Assembly: GCF_963921235.1 (NCBI RefSeq)
Contig: NC_086097.1
Span: 226,860,001 to 226,924,000, forward strand
Length of the DNA stretch: 64,000 bases
Source: Mobula hypostoma
Taxonomy: Eukaryota
Reading direction: 5' to 3'
Numbering within the stretch: the stretch's first letter is position 1; every line of letters begins with the position of its first letter. The translations under genes were made by a program, and so were the position numbers. The notes beneath the pieces are model-generated. The model was not told the origin of the DNA and did no database searches. It saw only the letters and a list, made by a program, of their open reading frames with translations. Shown one piece after another: positions 63,951-64,000 of the stretch.

Positions 63951-64000
63951 GGTTAAGTTGGAGGTGATGTATTAGCGTGGATAGAGGATTGTTTAACCAA

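Larger units (their letters stand above)
59870..64000 (+). mobile_element. Long CR1 LINE with ORF1 SGNH-esterase remnant, endonuclease and RT start; hosts three insertions
   Basis: LSNRFQIL, GDRMVRGID, VHVGTSD (~60242), D.LHLN (~60503). Then FYLNACS, QGYQ, VIMGDLN, KSPGPD, LDFQKAFDKVPH. Confidence 0.9.

Overview
Repeat-rich vertebrate genomic DNA. The mix of CR1, Rex1/Babar, Penelope-like, V-SINE and Chapaev-like repeats suggests a cartilaginous fish, probably a ray (inference only). It holds an intact PEX2 gene whose CDS lies in one exon (12947-13855, minus strand). A CpG island at about 25.9-26.7 kb appears to be a bidirectional promoter shared with an unidentified plus-strand coiled-coil gene. 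Three in-frame phase-0 exons of that gene can be traced (ending 26692; 42538-42687; 50391-50522), and it probably continues past the window. The rest is mostly nested mobile DNA. This includes a truncated Ty3/Gypsy element with a PNMA-type Gag, a related probable solo LTR, Penelope-like elements carrying minimal hammerhead-ribozyme motifs, and a Harbinger element inside a Chapaev3-like transposon. There are also a V-SINE and many CR1, Rex1/Babar and RTE LINE fragments. Repeat boundaries without a stated TSD or TIR are approximate. Family names come from recalled motifs, not database searches.
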